DNA of 64,000 nucleotides, taken from positions 1,023,746 to 1,087,745 of the forward strand of contig NW_002060959.1 of the NCBI RefSeq assembly GCF_000150275.1. The letters run 5' to 3'. The stretch is from Trichoplax adhaerens. Lineage: Eukaryota; Animalia; Placozoa. A program made the translations under genes and the position numbers. The notes beneath the pieces were generated by a model, which saw nothing but the letters and a program-made list of their open reading frames with translations, was not told the DNA's origin and did not search any database. This document shows, piece by piece, positions 44,527-56,900 of the stretch; position 1 is the first letter of the stretch; each line of letters opens with the position of its first letter.

Positions 44527-47500
44527 ATGGGTAATCGATCTTTCAAGTCTACTATACGTATACCTCAACAAATTAAATCCCTCTTTGAAAAAGCTATAGA
44601 AAATCATCAATCCGGCAACCTTAATGAAGCCTTATCCAATTGTATACGAGTTTTGGATAAAATCCAAGCTACATCCCGGAGTACTATTGATCTTAATCGG
44701 ATGCGATGTGAGATTTATCTTCTTGTTGGCGATATATATATACAACAAAGTGAATGGATAAAAGCTAAAGAATTCAATGAAAAAGGACAAGAAATGGCCG
44801 AAAAGCTGCAAGAAAATGTAATCATTGTCCGATGCTTAGATCAACAAGGTGATATTCAAAAGGTGCAAGGAGATTTGAAGGGGGCATCGGATAATTATGC
44901 TAAATCATTGAGTATAAAGTTAAATTATTTAGGCAAGGAAGACCTAGATGTCAGTAATTCATATGACCGGATAGGAAATATACATTATGCTCAATGCAGA
45001 TATGACGAGGCTCTCTCTATGCATGAAAAATCACTCAAAATTCGATTATCAGCCCTTGGTCACAATCATTCTGATGTGGCTAAATCTTATAGCAATATTG
45101 GAGAAAGCTATTGGGAACAGAGTAAATATGAAGAGGCTATTTGTATGCATGAGAAATCGCTCAAAATTCGATTATCAGTTTTTGGCCTTAATCATCCTGA
45201 TGTTGCTACATCATATAATAACTTGGGAAATGTCCAGGCTGATCAAGGCAAGCAGAAAGAGGCCATTTCTATGTATGAGAAGTCGCTCAAAATTCGCTTG
45301 CAAGTTCTTGGTCATAATCACTTCGCTGTTGCTCAATCATACAATAATTTAGGAAATATCTATGCTGATCAAGGTAAGTATGAAGAGGCTATATCTATGT
45401 TTGAGAAATCACTCCAAATTCGATTGTCGATTTTTGGTCATAATCATGCAGATGTTGCTACATCATATAACAACTTGGGAACTATATTTTATGATCAGGG
45501 CAAGCATGAAAAGGCTCTCTCTATGTATGAGAAGTCTCTCAAAATTCGATTGTCAGTCCTTTGTAGCAATCATCTCGATGTTGCCCAATCGTATAACAAT
45601 ATCGGTCTTATATATGGTGATCAAGGCAAGCACGAAGAAGCTATTTTTATGTATGAGAAATCACTTAAAATTCGATTATCAGCTCTAGGTCATAATCATT
45701 GTGTCGTTGCTCAATCGCACAATAACCTGGGAAATGTCTTTGCAGATCAGGGCAAGCATGAAGAAGCTATTTCTATGTATGAGAAATCGCTTAAAATTCG
45801 ATTATCACTTCTAGGTCCTAATCATGTTGCTGTTGCTACATCATATAATGATGTGGGAACTATATATTGTGATCAAGGAAAATACGACGAGGCCATTTCT
45901 ACGTTTGAGAAATCAGTCAAAATTCAGCTGTCAGTTCTTGGTCCTAATCATCCTACTATAGCTCAATCCTATAACAACATCGGAAATGTATATTCTCATC
46001 AAGATAGGCACGAAGAAGCTATTTCCATGTATGAAAAGTCACTCAAAATTAATTTACTAGTCTTTGGTCACAATCATATAAGTGTTGCTGCATCATATAA
46101 TAACATGGGGAATGTCTTTAAAAATCAGAGCAAGTATAATGAAGCGGTCACTATGTATGAGAAATCGCTCAAAATTCAACTTTCAAACTTTGGTCACGAT
46201 CATCCCGATATTGCTTCATTATATAATAACATGGGGAATGTCTATGCTGATCAGGAGAAGCATGAAGAAGCGATTTCCATGTATGAGAAGTCACTTAAAG
46301 TTCGATTATCAATCCTTGAGAACAATCATCCCGATATTGCTGCATCCTATAATAACATTGGGGTCGTTTATAGGAAGCAGACTAAATATGAAGAAGCTAT
46401 TTCCATGTTTGAGAAATCGCTCGAAATACAATCATCAGCCCTGGGTTACAATCATCCTGAAGTTGCCAAATCCTATAGCAACATGGGAAAAGTTTATTGG
46501 AAGCAGAGTAAATATGAAAATGCCATATCTATGTATGAGAAATCACTCAAAATTCGATTGTCAACTCTTGGTAGCAATCATTCTGAAGTTGCCAAATCAT
46601 ATGACGACCTGGGAGAAGTCTATAGGAAGCAAAGTAAGTCTATGGAGGCTCTTTCTATGTACGAAAAGTCGCTCAAAATCCGATTATCAGTTTTTGGTCA
46701 CAATCATCCTGCTTCCGCTCAGTCATATAACAACATTGGACTAGCATATTGTGATCAAGGCAAGCATGAAGAGGCCATTTCTATGTATGAGAAATCACTT
46801 AAAATTCAATTATCAGTCCTTAATCATAATCATCCTGATATTGCTATGGCTTACGGAAACCTAGGAATTGCCTATTCTCTCCAGGCCAAATATGAAGAGG
46901 CTATTTCTATGTATAAGAAATCGCTCGAACTTCAATTGTTAGCCTTTGGTACTAATCATCCCGATGTTGCCAAAACATATAACAACATGGGAACCGTCTA
47001 TAGTGATCAGGGAAAGTATGAGGAGGCAATTTCTATGTATAATAAGTCACTCAAGATTAAGTTATCAATCTTTGATCACAATCATCCCGAAGTTGATAAA
47101 TTATACAACAACATGGGGATTGTATATTTTCATCAAGATAAGCATGTAGAAGCCATTCGTATATTTGAAAAATGCCTCAAGATTGTTCTATTGATCTTTG
47201 GCCATAATCATGAACGCGTTGCTGCAACTTATAATAATATGGGAAATGTCTACAAAAACCAAGGCAAATATGAAGAAGCTATTTCTATGTATGAAAAGTC
47301 ACTTAAAATACAAATGTCAGTTCTAGATCATAATCATCCTGATGTTGCTGCATCATACAATAACATGGGAAATGCCTATAAAAATCAGGGCAAGCATGAA
47401 GAAGCTATTGCTATGTATGAGAAGTCTCTTAAAATTCGGTCATTAGTACTTAGCCACAACCATCCTGATATTGCGGCATTATATGACAACATAGGAATTG

Positions 47501-48714
47501 TATACTCTTGTCAAGGTAAATATGAGAAAGCTAATTCTGCGCTTGAGAAGTCACTTAAAATTCGATTATCAGTCTATGATAGCAAGCATCCCGATATTGC
47601 AGCATCCTACAACAACATGGGCGAAGTCTACAGGCAGCAGAGCAAACATAAAGAGGCCATTTCTATGTTTGAAAAGTCACTCAAAATTCGACTATCTGTC
47701 CTTGGTGACAATCATTGCGATACTGCTGCTTCCTATAATAACATAGGAGAAGTCTATTGGAATCAGGGTAACCACGAAGAGGCTATTTATATGCATGAGA
47801 AGTCGCTCGAAATTAGATTGTCAGTTCTTGGTTGCAACCATTCCGATGTTGCTCAATCCTATAATAACATTGGCCTTGTATATTATGATCAGGGCAACTA
47901 TGAAGAGGCTTTACCTATGTACCAGAAGTCACTTAAAATTCGATTATCAGTCCTTGGTCACGAACATTCCGCTGTGGCCCAATCATATAACAATATTGGA
48001 GCTGTTTACTATGCTCAAGGAAATCATGAAGAGGCTCTATCAATGTATGAGAAGTCACTTAAAATTCGATTATCTGTTCAAAGCCACAATCATCCTGATG
48101 TTGCCCAATCATATAATAACATCGGCTTTATATATTGCAATCAGGGCAGGCATGATGAGGCTCTATCTATGTACGAAAAGTCACTTGAAATTCGATTATT
48201 AATCCTTGATGATAATCATCCCGCTATTGCCCAGTCATATGACAACATAGGAAATTTATATGATGATCAGGGCAAGGATGAAGAAGCGATTCCTATGTAT
48301 GAAAAATCACTCAAAATTCGATTATCGGTCCTTAAAGATAATTATCCCGACGTCGCTGCATCACAGAATGTAAGAACTGTGCGCTTTCGTCAGAGCAAAC
48401 ATGAACGGGCTATTTCTTGGTATGAGAAATCACTCGAAAATAAAGTGTCTGCTCTTGATCAAAATCACCCCGATACTGCGATGTCATACAGGAATCTTGG
48501 AAATATCTATTCTCGCCAGTGCAGGCATGAAGAGGCTATATCTATGTACGAAAAATTACTCAGAATTCAATTATCAGACTTAGGTCACAATCATCCACAA
48601 GTCGCAATATTATATTACAAGATAGGAAGTGTCTACGATAGCCAGGGCATGTATGATGAGGCCCTATCAATGTATGAGAAATCATTTGAAATTTTATCAT
48701 CGCAATCATCATAA
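44527..48714 (+). CDS. Single-exon tetratricopeptide-repeat protein, 1395 aa, ~30 42-aa repeats (kinesin light chain/nephrocystin-3-type TPR)
   Basis: Uninterrupted ORF with consensus HPDVAxSYNNxGxVYxxQGKxEEAISMYEKSLKIRLSxLGxN. Confidence 0.95.
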   Translation: MGNRSFKSTIRIPQQIKSLFEKAIENHQSGNLNEALSNCIRVLDKIQATSRSTIDLNRMRCEIYLLVGDIYIQQSEWIKAKEFNEKGQEMAEKLQENVIIVRCLDQQGDIQKVQGDLKGASDNYAKSLSIKLNYLGKEDLDVSNSYDRIGNIHYAQCRYDEALSMHEKSLKIRLSALGHNHSDVAKSYSNIGESYWEQSKYEEAICMHEKSLKIRLSVFGLNHPDVATSYNNLGNVQADQGKQKEAISMYEKSLKIRLQVLGHNHFAVAQSYNNLGNIYADQGKYEEAISMFEKSLQIRLSIFGHNHADVATSYNNLGTIFYDQGKHEKALSMYEKSLKIRLSVLCSNHLDVAQSYNNIGLIYGDQGKHEEAIFMYEKSLKIRLSALGHNHCVVAQSHNNLGNVFADQGKHEEAISMYEKSLKIRLSLLGPNHVAVATSYNDVGTIYCDQGKYDEAISTFEKSVKIQLSVLGPNHPTIAQSYNNIGNVYSHQDRHEEAISMYEKSLKINLLVFGHNHISVAASYNNMGNVFKNQSKYNEAVTMYEKSLKIQLSNFGHDHPDIASLYNNMGNVYADQEKHEEAISMYEKSLKVRLSILENNHPDIAASYNNIGVVYRKQTKYEEAISMFEKSLEIQSSALGYNHPEVAKSYSNMGKVYWKQSKYENAISMYEKSLKIRLSTLGSNHSEVAKSYDDLGEVYRKQSKSMEALSMYEKSLKIRLSVFGHNHPASAQSYNNIGLAYCDQGKHEEAISMYEKSLKIQLSVLNHNHPDIAMAYGNLGIAYSLQAKYEEAISMYKKSLELQLLAFGTNHPDVAKTYNNMGTVYSDQGKYEEAISMYNKSLKIKLSIFDHNHPEVDKLYNNMGIVYFHQDKHVEAIRIFEKCLKIVLLIFGHNHERVAATYNNMGNVYKNQGKYEEAISMYEKSLKIQMSVLDHNHPDVAASYNNMGNAYKNQGKHEEAIAMYEKSLKIRSLVLSHNHPDIAALYDNIGIVYSCQGKYEKANSALEKSLKIRLSVYDSKHPDIAASYNNMGEVYRQQSKHKEAISMFEKSLKIRLSVLGDNHCDTAASYNNIGEVYWNQGNHEEAIYMHEKSLEIRLSVLGCNHSDVAQSYNNIGLVYYDQGNYEEALPMYQKSLKIRLSVLGHEHSAVAQSYNNIGAVYYAQGNHEEALSMYEKSLKIRLSVQSHNHPDVAQSYNNIGFIYCNQGRHDEALSMYEKSLEIRLLILDDNHPAIAQSYDNIGNLYDDQGKDEEAIPMYEKSLKIRLSVLKDNYPDVAASQNVRTVRFRQSKHERAISWYEKSLENKVSALDQNHPDTAMSYRNLGNIYSRQCRHEEAISMYEKLLRIQLSDLGHNHPQVAILYYKIGSVYDSQGMYDEALSMYEKSFEILSSQSS

Positions 48715-48870
48715 TCCTTAGCTAGAGGTATACAGAAGCTATCAATAATTAATCAAGGCAAACGTGAAGAGACTTAAAGTATTTATGAAAAATTACTTAA
48801 AGCTCTAGTATAACTGTTTGACCACAATCATCTTGATACTGTTAATCCATATAGAAGCCTTCGATGTTTA
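48715..48870 (+). pseudogene. Decayed TPR-repeat remnants after the stop codon
   Basis: AATCAAGGCAAACGTGAAGAG..TATGAAAAATTACTTAAA..TTTGACCACAATCATCTTGATACTG matches the repeat DNA but contains stops. Confidence 0.75.
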
Positions 48871-50906
48871 TTGTACTTAAAAAATTTCGATAGATCGTGA
48901 TTATTTGTATTAGGTATTGAAAGCTATCAGATGTTTAGTATTTGCGAATGTTTTATAGAATGGTTAATCAACATATTTGTATTATCTATAGCGATACCAC
49001 AATATAACATGGATCAAAGTCTTTATACATGAGAGGCCTATAAGGAAAATTAGAATTTTCTCTATGTTAGAGTGAAAAATAAAAAGCTTACTTCATATAG
49101 TGATGTAGCAAAGTCAATTTATTAGTTATTTAATTAATGAGTTTAAAATGTAAACTGTTAAAAGTAAAGCAAGCAAAACAATAAATGATAGATGGAAATA
49201 TAAAACTATGAAGACGTACTAGAATAATCAAATAACAAACTAATACATTTTAATAAACTATACCAATTTAAGAAAACATTATAACCGCAATGAGTAGTTG
49301 AAAATATTTACAAATAGTATTCTAAAAAATTTATGTTGTGCCAACAAGAATTTTAACTTGTTTCAAGGCAAACTTCAGCACCAGCTAGAAATAACCACTC
49401 TTTTGATAATAGATAATGCCAAGTCAAATAAAGAAGTAATATAGATTCTTACCTCTATAACTTATTATTTTAAATCCTTTAAAATTCATGCTCCTTCCTC
49501 TAAAAATCACGCCGTACTCTGTAATCTAATATGCAATATTTATTACATTCTGTAAAGTAAGTCTTATACTGCATAGCCGATCATGGTATGACTACGCAGT
49601 TGTTATTCACTATTAGTAATTTGAATTCCACTATCCGCATAGATACAGTATCAAGATTTGCGATAAGAACATTCACGGGCTTTTATAACATTTAGCAATA
49701 TATTTCTTTGAATACGAATGCTACATTATGTAGTTACAATCTTTTCCACCATACGATCCGTTTAATTACGCAAATAATATATTTGATTGTACTTGTTATT
49801 CATTCTTAGCCTATTTTAAGACTGTAATCTTGCATATCGATTAATTAGTAGAGAGTACACTACATTAAGGGATACAAGTTACACTATAAGGATAAGATTT
49901 GAAGTTCAAGAGCAATGATTCAGTTGGGGCAGGTATTAGTTAGCGTTCAGACTATGACTGTCCTTGATGAAATTCGTAAGTAGCGTACAAGTGAAGTCTG
50001 TGTCGATCAATATGGGGAATAAACACCGTAAGTTATTGCCACCGTATGCGGTTAGAAAGGTTGCAACCCTGCTGGATCTCCATTATTTTGTAAAGTCCAG
50101 CATGATCGATAATAACACGTACGGAACTGCGATAGAAAAGGACTAAGCTAGGAAGAAGCCTCTGGATGCTGTATCATAAGATAAATGCTATGGATGTCAG
50201 CTTAATAGATGCAATGGCCACTAAACCAACACAAATCACTATTACAAAATCTTGATGGATTAGGCGATGTTGAAATACTTTGGAAAGTTCTTTCAAAGTG
50301 AAATTAAAAATATCAGACAGTACTAAAAATCTACAACACAATATATTGCTTCCGTACATCAATCATCATAATTTAAAACATTTATTACACTTTAGATAAA
50401 GCGTCCACGTATTAATTATCGATTGATATTGCAAAATAAGTTTTACCGCAAGTGTTACACACGTCAGTTTTTGTTGCTAATTAATAAAAGTACTACCATT
50501 TAAAATCCAGGTACATTAAGCAATACATACTGATTACATAGCTTGCATTTTCTTATCTTTTAGACGGTAATATGAATACTAAGGTGGAATCGATGTAGAC
50601 CCTATTTTTATTTTCAGTTTCTTAATTTCTTAAGGTACTTAAATTACAGCAAGATATAGCAAAACGATAATCTACTGTATATTGATTCAAGTTCACTGCT
50701 ATACGTTAGCGATGAGAAAAAAAGTGGGTTTAAATATCTATTTAATACATCATCAATGTGAATATGGCAGCCTACTCTAGCTAATTTATCAATAGCAATA
50801 AATGAAATATAATGGTAGGATAAAAATGAAAATATCAATCCCAAATTTATATGCTACGTGCATTAACTAGGGATGCCTACTTATAAAATTTTTCGTCGTG
50901 TATGAT

Positions 50907-53900
50907 TCAGATAATACAATCTCCAGTTTGGGCAACCTATCTTATTACTTCGAAGTATCATCTAGGTTAACACTTTATTTTTAAAATTGCGCCCATTCTG
51001 AGTAAGGTAAAAATCGAACTTTTACCTCCACCATTCCACGCAGTAATCTTTCCAGACGTTGCATGTCATCTTCTTTGGATGAAATATTGAAACGTTGGAC
51101 TTTAAAATTATGAATTTCAGTCACTTGGTGTGAATGAGTGATGCGTTCTGACTTAACTTCTGAATAGACTGCATCGGCTATTAACGGTGCAGCCACCGCG
51201 GGTAAAGCTTCTTCCATGGGTTGAACGTCCGCTTTTAAATTATCTCCTATAGATCGAATCTTTGGACCTTTTACTTCAAAATGACCAATTTTACCTACTT
51301 GATATGAAGCTGCAGCGGGTTCTGGATAAGCTGCATCGGCTATTAAAGGTGCAGCCACCGCGGGTAAAGCTTCTTCCATGGGTTGAACGTCCGCTTTTAA
51401 ATCATCTTCTACAGATCGAATCTTTGGACCTTTTACTTCAAAATGACCAATTTTACCTACTTGATATGAAGCTGCAACGGGTTCTGCATGAGCTGCATCG
51501 GCTATTAAGGGTACAGCCACCGCGGGTTGAACATCCGCTTTCAAGTTATCTTCCATAGATCGAATCTTTGGACCCTTTACTTCAAAATGACCAATTTTAC
51601 CTACTTGATATGAAGCTGCAACGGGTTCTGCATGAGCTGCATCGGCTATTAAAGGTACAGCCACCACGGGTAAAGCTTTTTCCATGGGTTGAACGTCTGC
51701 TTTTAAATCATCTTCTACAGATCGAATCTTTGGACCTTTTACTTCAAAATGACCAATTTTACCTACTTGATATGAAGCTGCAACGGGTTCTGCATGAGCT
51801 GCATCGGCTATTAAAGGTACAGCCACCACGGGTAAAGCTTCTTCCATGGGTTGAACGTCCGCTTTTAAATCATCTTCTACAGATCGAATCTTTGGACCCT
51901 TTACTTCAAAATGACCAATTTCAGCTGCTTGATTTGAAGCTGCAACGGGTTCTGGATTAGCTGCACCGGCTATTAACGGTATGGCTGCCACAGGGAAAGA
52001 CTCCTTCGTATATTGAACTTCCGCTTTCATATTATCTACATTTTCAGAACAGACTAACTCTGAAATTTCGGATAATGACTGTATGCTACTGTACGGCTAA
52101 TATATTGGCAACTATATATCTAGATTTATCATCAGATTGCACTATGACTGTATTTATATCGCCAATGTGATAGCTAACGATACCTGTCTGGATTTCCGAA
52201 TGTAGCTTGAAGTCCATATCAGGAACGTGATGATCTCCATCGATACTCGGAATATCGGGCTTCTCTAGGCTAATATTACCATCTAAGATATAAATTTTAC
52301 TAACGTCAGTATTATCGTTGACAGACAAACTTGCTTATCGTAAATTGAATCAATAACATACTAACCTGGCATTACTCCTGGTAAAATTTCACCGCTACCC
52401 ACATCAAATTGACCATCCCTTGGAGATTCTTCTGGTTCTGCTTCTTTGGAATTTATTCGGGTAATCTACAAAAGTGTTAATAATACTTTAGTTATCATAT
52501 TACTTCTAATGCAATCCACACTGTTAGCACGACATGTCTGCATTTAATTATTTGCCAGTTGAACGGTATTTATCTAACTCGAGATTAGCGATTGCATTAA
52601 AAATCTGTAATTAAATAATAATTATAAATTACATATCGGTATTACTATCGGTTTACAAATGCACCTTTCTAAAGAAACGACTAGCTAGTTTTGAGATTGA
52701 GACTCTTGTTTTCTTTGTTTTATCGATGCCTAATTTTAGATCATCTTCAGTTGGTTCGGTCTGTTCTTCATATTCTACCGGTATGCCATATTCAACTGCT
52801 TCTATATCAGCATCTGCGACCATATCTGGAATTAGCAAGCTATTTGTTGCTTGAGGTGAAGGAACACTTTTTGTAACTTCTGTAGTATATAGTTGATCTC
52901 AATTAGCATTAATGTCATTTCCCATATCAGAATTAACATTAGGTTTAACACTAGCATTTGCCAATTTCCTGCTTTACCTGTTTCGTATCTTGTAACACTT
53001 TTCAATTGTAGAGCACTACTTTCAACAGAAACCTACAAATTACAGTAAAAACACGATTGCCAATAATATTTAACTCATCACATGATTTAGTTCATCATAC
53101 TTATTCATCCATTTTTTAAATTCATACCCCAAACTCCAATTTAGACGGCTCCATTTCAGGCATATTAACTGACATCTTTTTCGCACTCGAAAATTTGCTA
53201 GAAGCACTTGAACTTGATGCTTTAGATGAACTCGATGATGTTGAGGATGTCCTGCTGTAAACACGTGACGAGAGTATTCCTGGACGTTCTTTCTCTTCTC
53301 TATCCAGTAAACTAAAATCAATCTTGACTGGAATTGGTTTATCTGCAGGAGCTATTTCATCTTCATGTTGTAGTGGTAACACTTCAATATCCATGTTGTT
53401 GTCCTTATCTGGTAATTCTTCTGGTAAATTTATAGTTATTTCTGGTTCTAGAATCAGATCATCAGGTACTTCTTCTACTGTTCTATCTTCAGTTTGATTA
53501 ATCTCTTCTTCTACTATTTCATTTGGTTCTTCTCTATCAAATATACTGAAATCAATCTTAACCGGTAAAGATTTAGTATCTGGAGCAATTTCCAATTCCA
53601 TTTCTTGCGTCGATTCCATATCGTCGCCAGGCATTTTATATTGGAGGTCGAGATCTTTCGGTACTTCAGCCGTAACATTGAAGTTAGTACTTAAGGTTGG
53701 TTCTACAATTCTTGTAGGCTGTTCAGGCTTGTTAAAATCGTCTTTATCTGGTAAGCCTGCGGACAGTCCAAAAGCTATTTCTGGTCGGAAATTCATTTCG
53801 TCAGGTACGTCTTCTACTTTCATATCTCCTATAGGACTAGTTCCTTCTTCTACAATTCCAGTAGGCTGTTCAGGCTTGTTAAAATCGTCTTTATCTGGTA

Positions 53901-56900
53901 AGTCTGCGGACAGTCCAAAAGTTATTTCTGGTCGGAAATTTATTTCGTCAGGTACATCTTCTGCTTTTATATCTCCTATAGGACTAATTCCTTCTTCTAC
54001 AATTCCAGTAGGCTGTTCCGGCTTGTTAAAAGCAATGCCTAAGTTTGGTTCTTGAGGTCGAGCAAGGATTGCTGTATCGAAATCGTTCGGTGTATCTGGT
54101 TTATCTTCTTCTTTAATTGTTGCTAAACCGGCCATATCTGGTCTCTCTATTGGCTCAGCATCGATTTCGATATCGAGCTTAGGTCTTTCATGACTTAAAG
54201 CTCCTAACACTCCTATTGTAGGAATAGCTTGAGGTACTACGTTTTCAGGTTGATTTTCTTCATCTGATTTAATCTACATATAATATAGAGTACGTGCAAT
54301 ATGAAATATATATTTATACAGTATTATACTTTCATAGTTACGTAGCTATTTAACGTAACGGGTTTAAATCAATTTAATTACCGGAGCTTGTTCGTCTTTA
54401 TCATCGATTTTCTTAGGCTTTTTCTAGCGAGAATAAAATAACATTTAATAATGAATACACCTAGACACATATTACGAGTACGCTTACGCATAAGTATTTA
54501 AACTTACGGTAAGGACGAGACGTTTAGCTTTCTTTCCTAGTTTTTTCATTCTTTTAACAATTTTACGTTGTCGTCGTTTTTTATCCTTGTATACTGGATA
54601 AGATAATTCTCCCGCATATATTACTTCGCCTGTTTCTGGTACGACAATTTTACCTCTTCTATCTACTTCATTTTCATCTTCAGTAGAAGTACCTCCATCA
54701 GATTCAGTCGTAGCATCGGTCGATAATACGCTATCTCTTTGAGGGCTCAAATTTATATCGCTTTCATATTTTGGCAAGTTCATCTAATCAGTAAATATCA
54801 AATAATAAAACAATTAATTATTAGTTCATATAGTATATCAAAGTATACTTCTTATAACACGCCAAGATAACTATATAAGAATATGTTAAGAAAGGTTAAA
54901 TTATTTACTATTATACTGTACGTACAAGTAAATAAATATTAAAAGTATCACATACTCGTATTATTTACATTCATATTGAGATTTAGTGTTAATTCTAGTT
55001 TTACCTCAACATCAAAATCTGGAGACTTTGGCTGATCTTCTATTTCAAGGTTAGCACTAAAGTCTGGTATTGCAGCGGCCGCAGCGATTTCTCCTTCATC
55101 GATTGACGGCTGTGGAAGTACATCAGGTTGTTCGTATTCTTGCACGCTCTTTAATTCCGGAGCTTGCATTTCAGCAGAAACCTACAAAATAAGTAAGGTA
55201 AACACTATTGTAATTGATGTCTAAGTTTCTTATGCGTACCTGATAAACTTTACGTGCATCTATTCTAGCTATAGTTATACTGTATATTATCATACCCCGA
55301 ACTCTAATTCAGGTGGCTTTATCTCAGGTGTATTTACAAACATTCTTTCCGCACTCGATGATTTACTAGAAGTACTTGAATTGGATTCCTCGGATGAGCT
55401 TGACGATGTCGACGATGTTCGACTACCAGAAATACGTAGCGGTGGTATTTCTGGATAAGTTATCTCTTCTTGTGGTACATCTTTAATATGAGCATCTACT
55501 CCAGGTAAAGTTTGTTGTACTTCATATGCCATACCAATTTGTAGCGCTGTCTCTGTTTCTGCTCTATATTCATACGATGTCGAAAACTTAGTCATGCTTA
55601 TATTGGTTGCTACTGTAGTGTTTCTTTCGGTATGAATAATTGATGTTCCTTCTTTGTTAATATCATCTACATGCTGTAAATGCCAGTTTCTCGTATCTAT
55701 ATCGTCTTTACTTGGTAAACCTACGGGTAAGCCAAAAGTTATTTCTGGTCGGAAATTCGTTTCGTCAGGTACATCTTCTGCTTTCATATCTTCTATAGGA
55801 CTAATTCCTTCTTCTACAATTCCAGTAGGCTGTTCAGGCTTGTTAAAATCGTCTTTATCTGGTAAGCCTGCGGACAGTCCAAAAGTTATTTCTGGTCGGA
55901 AATTCATTTCGTCAGGTACATCTTCTACTTTCATATCTTCTATAGGACTAGTTCCTTCTTCTACAATTCCAGTAGGCTGTTCAGGCTTGTTAAAATCGTC
56001 TTTATCTGGTAAGTCTGCGGACAGTCCAAAAGTTATTTCTGGTCGGAAATTCATTTCGTCAGGTACATCTTCTACTTTCATATCTCCTATAGGACTAGTT
56101 CCTTCTTCTACAATTCCAGTAGGCTGTTCAGGCTTGTTAAAATCGTCTTTATCTGGTAAGCCTGCGGATAGTCCAAAAGTTATTTCTGGTCGGAAATTCA
56201 TTTCGTCAGGTACATCTTCTGCTTTCATATCTTCTATAGGACTAGTTCCTTCTTCTACAATTCCAGTAGGCTGTTCAGGCTTGTTAAAATCGTCTTTATC
56301 TGGTAAGCCTGCGGACAGTCCAAAAGCTATTTCTGGTCGGAAATTTATTTCGTCAGGTACATCTTCTGCTTTCATATCTTCTATAGGACTAGTTCCTTCT
56401 TCTACAATTCCAGTAGGCTGTTCAGGCTTGTTAAAATCGTCTTTATCTGGTAAGCTTGCGGACAGTTCTAAAGCTATTTCTGGTCGGAAATTTATTTCGT
56501 CAGGTACATCTTCTGCTTTCATATCTTCTATAGGACTAGTTCCTTCTTCTACAATTCCAGTAGGCTGTTCCGGCTTGTTAAAAGCAATGCCTAAGTTTGG
56601 TTCTTGAGGTCGAGCAAGGATTGCTGTATCGAAGTCGTTCGGTATATCTGGTTTATCTTCTTCTTTAATTGTTGCTAAACCGGCCATATCTGGTCTCTCT
56701 ATTGGCTCAGCATCGATTTCGATATCGAGCTTAGGTCTTTCATGACTTAAAGCTCCTATCACTCCTATTGTAGGAATAGCTTGAGGTACTACGTTTTCAG
56801 GTTGATTTTCTTCATCTGATTTAATCTACAAATGAATATAGAATACGTGCAATATGATATATATGTATACAGTATTATACTTTCATAGTTACGTAGCTAT

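Noticed and set aside
44987-48583. Long alternative-frame ORFs inside the TPR gene
   Set aside because: Shadow frames of a periodic coding repeat, broken by scattered stops.
49900-50850. Short ORFs or a possible TM/KASH-like tail for the giant protein
   Set aside because: Candidate exons stop quickly or have incompatible phase, and there is no PPPx terminus.
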